Below, piece by piece: positions 55,451 to 64,000 of a stretch of DNA of 64,000 nucleotides. This stretch comes from Octopus vulgaris (taxonomy: Eukaryota): the NCBI GenBank assembly GCA_951406725.2, contig OX597824.1, forward strand, positions 28,830,001 to 28,894,000, written 5' to 3'. The position numbers were made by a program, and so were the translations under genes. Each line of letters begins with the position of its first letter. Position 1 is the stretch's first letter. The notes under the pieces were generated by a model, which saw only the letters and a list, made by a program, of their open reading frames with translations, was not told the origin of the DNA and did no database searches.

Positions 55451-56279
55451 AATTTGGTAAACGGAAACTGAGAGAAGGCGTCGCATATATATGTATACGG
55501 ACGTGTGTGTGTGTGTGTATGTGTGTGTGTGCGTGTAAGTGTTTTCAACTATCGCTTGACAATTAGTGTCGGTTTGTTTACGTCCTTGTAACTTAACTTT
55601 TTTTAAAAAAGAGATTGAATGAATTAGAACTAAGCTTTAAAAAATATAGACTGGGGTCGATTGGTTCGACGAAACTCCCCCAAGATGGTACTCCAGCATA
55701 GTCAGAGCCCAATGCTTAGAAACAAGTAAAAGTTAGAATGATGTGACATTCTAGAAGCGTGGGAAATGAGATGAAAGTAAACATACGTTCAGAGAAAGTT
55801 TAACCTCTTAATTAAACTAGTTTCGTATCAAAATATAATTCATGTACAACTCAGAGCTTAAAGACGGGCAAAATGCTTGGCGACATTTCGTCCGTCTTTA
55901 AGTTCTGAGTTCGGATGCCCTTCATCTTTCCGGGGTCGATAGAATAATTACTAGTTGTGCAGTAGTGTCATTGTAATCCCTAGCCCTCTGCCTCCTAAAT
56001 CACTTTTAGTTTTAAATCTATTAACATCTTACATATAAATAGTAATATTAATGTCTCTACTTATTCTCAGACCAAGCTTTTTTTTTTCTTTTCTATTTTG
56101 ATTTGGCAGGCGTAAGCGTAGCTGTTTCTTTAGAAGCTCGCTTTGTAACCACATGGTTTCAGGTTCAGTCCCACCGCGCGGCACTTTGGGCAGGTGTCTT
56201 CTACTATTTTCTTGAGCTGACTAATGCTTTGTGAATGACTTTCGTAGACTGAAATGGCGCGGAAGCCTGTCGCAAGAGA

Positions 56280-56560
56280 GAACGAGGCGGGGTAAACGAT
56301 GTGATTGCAGCGTACCAAAAGCACAAGTAACTCTAGGCCAAACATGTCGCAAGGTTCACAGACAACAGAAAGGCCCGTGCAGTTGCTGGGTGGTATCCAA
56401 GAAATTTGAAAGAGGCCACTACGAAAGCTTACACGACGATGGGAAGACGATTTATTAAACGATTTGGATGAAAATGGAAAATAATGGCACACTCAAGACA
56501 GAATTGGAAGCGCGTTGTGACCAGTGGTGTATGACAGCATATGATGATCTGGTCAATACT
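56280..56560 (+). mobile_element. RTE-clade LINE 3' remnant
   Basis: HVARFTDNRKARAVAGWYPR...RWEDDL. Confidence 0.6.
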
Positions 56561-57701
56561 GTGATATTGTGATACAGTAGCCAATCCTTTATTTAAGACA
56601 GTACTCTCTGTGCTTTGAGAGATATTTAGCTGCTATGCATAGCAGTTCAAGTAGCAACATAAGATTTCCTTTGTTAGAAGGATTTCCTGTGATAAATTGA
56701 AGCATAGCACATCACGAAATTTATATCTGTAAAACTAATTTGGGTTGCATCAACGGAATCCACTACATTATTTTGCTTCTTTTTTTTTCCTATTAAGGAA
56801 TAGAAGTCTAAGTTTAGTTGCAGACAAAATCGAGTATTTTGCATGTAAATTTCTAAATTTTGGCAGAGATCCGTGAGCAAATCACAGAAGTATTAAAAAC
56901 ATTTCTTCTGGCTCTCTATGTTCTGAGTTCAAATTCCACTGAGGTCGATTCTTTTTTCTTTCATCATTTTGAGTTCTTTAAAAATGAGTACCAGTCCAAC
57001 CCCGGAGATCGATGTAGTCGGTTTCCACCCAACCATCTACCCCCGCAAATTGCTAACTTTTGCCAATTTTAGAAAGGAAAATTTATATGTACAGGAGTGG
57101 CTGTGTGGTAAGTAGCTTGCTTAGCAACCACGGTTCCAGGTTCAGTCCCACTGCATGGCACCTTCGGCCAGAAATAATGGAGTTCCAAATTCTGTCAGGA
57201 GAGTTTGAACAATGTTAGAGTCATAGGGTTTCGAATTGGATCCATGTCAGAGTCACCACGGCCAAGCGTTTTCTATTATCGACTTGATTCAGCTAAAACT
57301 TTGGGTGAATCAACTTTGTGATAAGGAAACTAAGTGTGAAATATAATATTTATCCCCACCCAAAAGTGGTTGTTGAGTTAGAATACTGCGTTATTTACCA
57401 AGAGAGAACCTTTCATATGGACTTATGATGCACATGGACCTCGTGTTCATATCGCTAGCTGGAGACTGAGGCCATAGTAGAAAACACTTGCCCAAAGTGC
57501 CATGCAGTGGGAGTGAACCCTGAACAATGTGGTTCTGAAGCAAGCTTCTTACCACATGGCCACCCCTGCCCCTTACATACCTACATACACACAAACACAC
57601 ACACACGCATCTATTTAGGGGCCAGTCTCACTGTGCCTCACCTTGGTCAAATATCTTCTACTATACCCTTGAACCGACTACAGTCTTGATATATGTCTAT
57701 A

Positions 57702-57744
<43 letters not shown>

Positions 57745-58349
57745 GTGTGTGTGTGTGTTCGTGTTGCTTTTTTTCACATCTAACACCACTAATAGATAAC
57801 CGGTTTTTGGTAAGCATATATAACTGACTTTTAAAAATAATAAGTACATGGATTAATTTGCTCCTTTAAACACTTTAAAGCAGAGCCCCAGCAAGCCGCA
57901 AACCAGTGACTGAAGTAAAAGATAAAAAAGATAAACACTTTTAGCTATTTTTCTGAAAATCGATCAAAATCGACTGAAGGGAAACCTGGTTAGTTTGATT
58001 AAAGGGAAACAATCTACAAAGTAGCCTCCCTTGGATCCATTACAATCGTCAATGTTTATATGTACAAGGCGTTTTTCTTCGGATATTTTTGAATCTTTCA
58101 GCCGATGCCTCTCGTTAGCGGAGAGAAGGCATGATGAGCAAATATGGACCTATTGTCCTCTATTTTATTGATGGTATAAATCCAGGCGTGAATGTGTGGT
58201 CAACACGTTCGCTTTGCAAACACATAATTTCTGGTTCAATCCCGCTGCGCGGCACATTGGACTGTTATCTAAATATTGGTCTGCTCCGAGGCAATCAATG
58301 TGCTGACCTCTTCTAAGTGAATTCGATAAACGGAAACTTGTTGAAGCTT

Positions 58350-58400
<51 letters not shown>

Positions 58401-58684
58401 TGTTTGTGTGCGTGCATATGTATATATGTACATATTTATATGCGCGTCTGTATAGTAAGAACTTTCCTTCCCAACCACGATACGGAACCTTCGGCAAGTG
58501 TCTTCTACTATAGCCTCAGTCCGACCAATGTCATGTGTATGGATATGGTAGACGAAAATTGAAAAACACGTCGTGTATACATATATATATGTTTTTAGCA
58601 TCTACCCATCTACACACACAATCACGCACACACATACACACACAAAAGTTTTTGTGCATCTTGATGCTGACATAAGTTCCTTAC

Positions 58685-58767
58685 TTTTCCTGATGAGAAG
58701 GCGGCATAATGCACCCCTTATTCCTTCGAAATTAGGAATATGCAGCCTTCGAAACATATGTCGAAAA
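58685..58767 (+). ncRNA. Type I hammerhead, intact core, extended stem II
   Basis: ttttc CTGATGA gaaggc g gcata...tatgc a gccttc GAAAC atat GTC gaaaa; predicted cleavage after C58762. Confidence 0.85.
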
Positions 58768-58978
58768 TAAAATAAAGGAATTTTGTTAATTCGTCGTTCA
58801 ACTCCATTCTTTCATTTATTTGTATTCAAAAAAACACACAAATTTCTACACGATAGCACGTGATCTCTGCCCTAGGCATGTAGCTTCAACCGTGTTTTTC
58901 TGACGTGAATTTGCTACCCAGGTATCGGTTAACCGAATTATCCATAATAAGATAATTCATTCAACTACTCAATTATTA

Positions 58979-59029
<51 letters not shown>

Positions 59030-59067
59030 GAATGGAGTCGAACGAAGATGTTAACAAAATTCCTTTA

Positions 59068-59149
59068 CTCTCGACATATGTTTCGAAGAAAACATGGTTT
59101 CATTCCAAAGGAATAAAGGGTGCATTATGCAATCTTCTCACCAGGAAAG
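59068..59149 (-). ncRNA. Type I hammerhead (A6G), left arm of the palindrome
   Basis: Mirror of 59284-59365. Confidence 0.65.
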
Positions 59150-59283
59150 AAAGGGAGCCTCTCTCGACAACAAGACAAACAAAAATTTCGATGACTGCCT
59201 ACATGGTAAACAAAATGTTTTGTTTACCATGTAGGCAGTCATCGAAATTTTTGTTTGTCTTGTTGTCGAGAGAGGCTCCCTTT

Positions 59284-59365
59284 CTTTCCTGGTGAGAAGA
59301 TTGCATAATGCACCCTTTATTCCTTTGGAATGAAACCATGTTTTCTTCGAAACATATGTCGAGAG
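59284..59365 (+). ncRNA. Type I hammerhead (A6G), right arm; homolog of 58685-58767
   Basis: ctttc CTGGTGA gaaga...tcttc GAAAC atat GTC gagag. Confidence 0.65.
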
Positions 59366-60064
59366 TAAAGGAATTTTGTTAACATCTTCGTTCGACTCCA
59401 TTCTTTCATTTATTCATATACAACACACAAATTTCTGCACATGAACCCGAAGTTTCTACCCTTGGACAGGTCGCTTCAACCGTGTTTCTGACGTGAATTT
59501 GCTACCCAGGTTTCGGTTCAACGAATTTTCCATGCTGACGATAAACATAGGATAATTCATTCACCTATTTATATATATATATTGTGCGCGCGAGTGTCTG
59601 TGTGTATCTGTGTGTGTTTGACCCCTCTACCTCTTGGCAACTAGTATTGGTGTATTACCGTCCCTGTAACGGCAACAATTTCGAGGTGGTGCCCCAGTAT
59701 GACCGCAGTATATTGTCTGAAAGAAATTAGATAAAGAGAAAAGGATAAAACATATATTTAATTATCCAGAAAGGATAGAAAATCGATGTATTTTCAAAGC
59801 AGCTTTCAGTCCTAGCACGAGGTTATCTATGCTCTTGAATTGCAGTCTTAAGTAAGACCGAAATTCCACTGGTGTAGAAAATCCAGGTGTCACTCAGGTA
59901 AATCCAATGAGTGGGTCTAGCGAACAGTAAGATATAATCTACAGGGGAAGACAAAGAGTTTAGCGAATATTTAATTACCAGTTACAATTTTTTCAGTACC
60001 ACTCTGTTTTTAACGACATTGCAGGCAAAATTTCCATGTAAAAAGTATTTACTGTTCTTTGTAC

Positions 60065-60265
60065 TATAGGTAAAAGGCCTAGAATATTCTAGAGAGGGAA
60101 CTAGTTGTCTAAATCGACACTAGTGAGTAACTGGTACTTATTTCATCTAACCTCGAAAGGATGAAAGGCAAAGTCGACCGCGGCGAAATGTGAACTCAGA
60201 ACGTAAGGAAGGACGAAACGCCGCTAAGCATTTCGTCCACTATGTTAACGATTCCGTCAGCCCGT
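60065..60265 (-). mobile_element. SINE family B, diverged
   Basis: cgaaaggatgaaaggcaaagtcgacc...gaactcagaacgtaa. Confidence 0.8.
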
Positions 60266-60538
60266 TTCTTTGAAAAGTGGCATTACTAGTGGCATAGTCT
60301 GTGATGGCAAATTACAACAGTCTGTAATGGTAAATTAAGTAGTGTGGCCAAGACTGTTTTCTATGGGAGTGGCTGGAGCAGTTGAATAACTAGCAGCAGT
60401 AATGATAATAGTCGTCGTGGTAAAGCTATCCCCACTGGGGTTTTAACAGAACTCTTTGTTTCATATGAATAACATGCATATCTATATATCTATATATATA
60501 CACACTCATATATATACACACACCTATGTAGACACACA

Positions 60539-60624
<86 letters not shown>

Positions 60625-60798
60625 AAATATTAGGGAATAAATCCAAATTTACAGGGAAAAAATCAGATTTAGGATTAAATCCAATTTTATAGTAAAATAT
60701 TATATAATATTAATTCGAGACAAAACCACTATTTTGCAAAACAAACAAGGAAAGACTTAATCAATACATAAACATTTTTAATATAAAGAAATAAACCG

Positions 60799-60841
60799 CC
60801 ACTACAATCGTTTCATGTCTTCAATGACATTCGTCAGGTGG
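60799..60841 (-). ncRNA. Minimal type I hammerhead, left arm
   Basis: Reverse complement: ccac CTGACGA atgtc attgaa gacat GAAAC gatt GTA gtgg. Confidence 0.85.
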
Positions 60842-60909
60842 ATTTTCTATCTCCTAATCTGTTTTAATTTATGAAGTCATAAATTAAAACAGATTAGGAG
60901 ATCGAAAAT

Positions 60910-60952
60910 CCACCTGACGAATGTCATTGAAGACATGAAACGATTGTAGTGG
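60910..60952 (+). ncRNA. Minimal type I hammerhead, right arm
   Basis: ccac CTGACGA atgtc attgaa gacat GAAAC gatt GTA gtgg. Confidence 0.85.
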
Positions 60953-61037
60953 CGGTTTATTTCTTTATATTAAAAATTTTTATGTATTGATTAAGTCTTT
61001 CCTTGTTTGTTTTGCAAAATAGTGGTTTTGTCTCGAA

Positions 61038-61111
<74 letters not shown>

Positions 61112-61113
<2 letters not shown>

Positions 61114-61665
61114 AGTGTTCCGAGTTTAAAGAGTTAAGTCTCGGTCGATCTTTTCTTATGAAATGCATTTCTTTGCTAATGCATTCATTTTGGCTAGCAT
61201 TGCTTTTGAATTTTAATAATGGAAATGTTGAGAAAGTGGGAAATTTGTTGGATGCACATTCATCTATGTTTTCTCTGACAGGTATTTTCCTGTATTCTGG
61301 AATTCTAATCTGAGATTTGTGCACCGCCAGCCTCGAAAGGATGAAAGGCAAAGTCCACAAAACAGCCTCTGACGTAGGCTGTTTTTTGTGTGGCTAATAT
61401 ATTGCCGTTTGCATCCCGAGCATGTAATTATGTAAATCAAGTTCTCCGATGCACATCTATAGTTAGTTTTTATGGTAAAATTTTGGCCTTATTCTAATCG
61501 GTAATCTGATGCTTCTATTATGTTGATATAGAACCCTCTGTTGGGTCTCCCGCACTTTTTTACTGTCGGCTTTGTAGCTGTCGTTTAGTGTAATTTGGCC
61601 GGGGTTAAAATCTTCATTGATTTTGGCTGTCTCTTACTTTTGATGATTGTGTGTGTTTTGAAGAT
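61112..61665 (-). pseudogene. Penelope-like (Neptune-type) linker and GIY-YIG endonuclease remnant
   Basis: Reverse complement: IIKSKRQPKS...VKKCGRPN...CASENLIYIITCSGCKRQYISHTKNSLRQRL / AVHKSQIRIPEYRKIPV...KEMHFIRKDRPRLN; interrupted by a ~26-bp SINE B piece at ~61331-61356. Confidence 0.8.
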
Positions 61666-61711
61666 TATATATACAAAATGAAAATAAGCAACAGGATATC
61701 AAGAGGTGATA

Positions 61712-61791
61712 AGTACGACGATTTCAAGCAGCTCCATTTAATTGAACAATGCAATCATTACATCAATTTAAATACAGGGCTATCCTCAGCT
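61712..61791 (-). ncRNA. Degenerate long-stem-II hammerhead candidate
   Basis: Reverse complement: ag CTGAGGA tagc...gctgctt GAAA tcgtc GTA ct; stems I and III are poor. Confidence 0.35.
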
Positions 61792-62519
61792 GCATAAATA
61801 AATAGGATTTTTTAATCTGTTGGACAACATTTTTATAATTTTACTCAAATTCACTAATAGAGCAAGAAGAGGGAGAAAGTCCATGTTGCTACTAATGTGA
61901 CTCAAAATATATTACACTTCTAAGAACTGTATAAAGTTTGTTAGGGTTCTAGCTTGCAAATGATTTGCTTTTAATTTATTAGTCTTTTATATATTTTTTA
62001 TCAACTACCAAATCTAAGGCTAGCGGACAGTGTTTGTTAAGAATGGATGGACAGAGTGAGCTGATAGTTGATAGTTGGGTATGATCATAAATTTAGTCAG
62101 GATTTAGAAAATGTAATTGTCTATAAAGGAGGCTGGGTAAGAGAAGACCCTAAATCAAGATGTTAAAAGGCAAGACGTTAATAAAACCTATAATGTTAAT
62201 ACAGAGGAAATTATCATGGGGTACAATGGATGATTGTATATAAACAATATTGTTATGTTGTATGAAGATAAATTTTAAGATTACTAAAAATGCTGTTATA
62301 ACCAGAATAGATAAACTGTGTATATATGTCAATTTTCAACACTAGAAAGGGAAGATAACATAGAATTAGCTTAATATTCATGCTTATACTTAATTATATA
62401 CTTATAAGGTGGTTTCTATAAAGATTGCTCTGGGTATTTACTCATGGAATACGGGGACAATAAATCATGCTATCTACATATTAGTTATAAGCTAAGAATA
62501 TAAATACATACATAGATAC

Positions 62520-62730
62520 ATAAATTGTAAATTCAGCTGTTCTGATGATTTCAGAGCGTATAGGATGCCTTTTACGCTTTGATACTGGTGATAGGTTTCC
62601 ATCTTCACTCTCTAACTCCTTACAAACTTTGTAGACGAAAGATCTGGCAACTTTTAAATCTCGAGGTATTTTTAAATCACTATGCTCAGCCTTTATAACT
62701 ACAATGACAACATGCCTCTTCATTTCTTGA
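62520..62730 (-). mobile_element. Tc1/mariner-superfamily transposase N-terminal remnant
   Basis: QEMKRHVVIVVIKAEHSDLKIPRDLKVARSFVYKVCKEL...KRKRHPIRSEIIRTAEF (HTH-like segment plus basic motif). Confidence 0.6.
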
Positions 62731-63172
62731 GTAAGCTGACGGGCTACTTTCAGTTTCCGTCTACGTACCAAATCAACTCACAAGGCTTTGGTCGGCCCGA
62801 GGCTATAGTAGAAGAGACTTGTCCAAGGTGCCACGCAGTTGGACTGAACACTAAACCATGTGGTTGGGAAGCAAGCTTCTTACCACACAGCTATTCCTTA
62901 AATATATTTATATACATATAATGGAGGATTTATGGAGGTGCACCAACACCAGCTTTCAGTGCCCCCAGCATGGCCACGACCTTCAAGCTAAAACAAGTAA
63001 AAGATTAAAAACAGAGTATATGGCTGTGTGGTAAGTAGCTTGCTTACAAACCACATAGTTCCAGGTTCAGTCCCTCTGCATGGTACCTTGGGTAAGTGTC
63101 TTCTAATATAGCCTCGGGCCGGACAAAGCCTTGTGAGTGTGTTAAGTAGACGGAATCTGAAAGAAGCCCGTC

Positions 63173-63262
<90 letters not shown>

Positions 63263-63672
63263 ATATGTGTGTGCATGTCACTACTCAATTTTATTTCTAG
63301 ATTTATTACCACTAGAGAAAGAGCCGGTTTCTAACCTAGATCCAAGATTCCTTCATTGGAATTTCAGCATCTTATTTTGCTATGTATGTATGTATGTATG
63401 TATGTATGTATGTATGTATGTATGTATGTATGTACGTACGTATGTATGTATGTATGCATGTGTGTGTGTATGTATGTATGTATGTATGTATGTACGTACG
63501 TATGTATGTATGTATGCATGTGTGTGTGTATGTATGTATGTATGTATGTATGTATGTATGTATGTATGTATCTATGTAGGTATGTATGTACGCCACTTAG
63601 AGCCAATTTGTTTCATCGTTTGTATTCATGTTGATACGTGTGTCCGCATATGTACGCATGTATGTATATTTC

Positions 63673-63754
<82 letters not shown>

Positions 63755-64000
63755 CGTGCTTGTGTGTGTGTGTCCTCTTATTCTATTTATTCCTAAGAAT
63801 CTAGACCAAATAAGATAGATAACTGTGCTGACCTTAAAACATCAACACCACAGCGTAACCTAATAGTTTGCAGGTGTTCGTTTCGACTGTTAAATTTCAA
63901 GTATCGTTATGACTGCCAGCGCAATAGAATAAGGTTTAAGCAGCGAACAAAAAGTTTCCTTTGTTAATAACGTCACCAGCGTATTTTATGGTTTTATATC

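Larger units (their letters stand above)
59030..59403. repeat. 374-bp essentially perfect palindrome (fold-back PLE terminal repeat)
   Basis: Symmetric about 59216/59217; the ORF track shows the same 87-aa peptide on both strands with one difference at the centre. Confidence 0.95.
60701..61050. repeat. ~350-bp near-perfect palindrome with two hammerheads
   Basis: Symmetric about 60875/60876 (atga ag tcat); about 2 arm mismatches seen. Confidence 0.95.

Noticed and set aside
59032-59401. Near-identical 87-aa ORFs on both strands
   Set aside because: A consequence of the palindrome; the sequence is a ribozyme-bearing repeat.

Overview
AT-rich, microsatellite-saturated eukaryotic DNA, most consistent with an octopus (coleoid cephalopod) intron or intergenic region; the organism is inferred from the repeat families. 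I see no credible host protein-coding exon, and nearly all supplied ORFs are translated simple repeats. The window holds many copies of two tRNA-derived SINE families, decayed LINE fragments (CR1-, RTE-, R4/Dong- and Hero-like), Tc1/mariner remnants, MITEs and a ~52-bp minisatellite. Beside the (TA)n tracts is a dense set of Penelope-like retroelement (PLE) debris: GIY-YIG fragments, fold-back palindromes and about 17 hammerhead ribozyme (HHR) motifs. These include minimal type I HHRs with palindromic stem III, long-stem-II HHRs and the core variants U3-A8, G3-C8 and C4. The most notable signal is two apparently unrelated families (5288-5364 with 38234-38319; 21163-21238) whose three HHR strands occur in the order cleavage strand - GAAA strand - CUGANGA strand. 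That is a non-circularly permuted, pseudoknotted hammerhead clamped by an extra helix, with compensatory base changes between copies. All folding and translation was done by eye; no activity or database match has been tested, and repeat boundaries are approximate.
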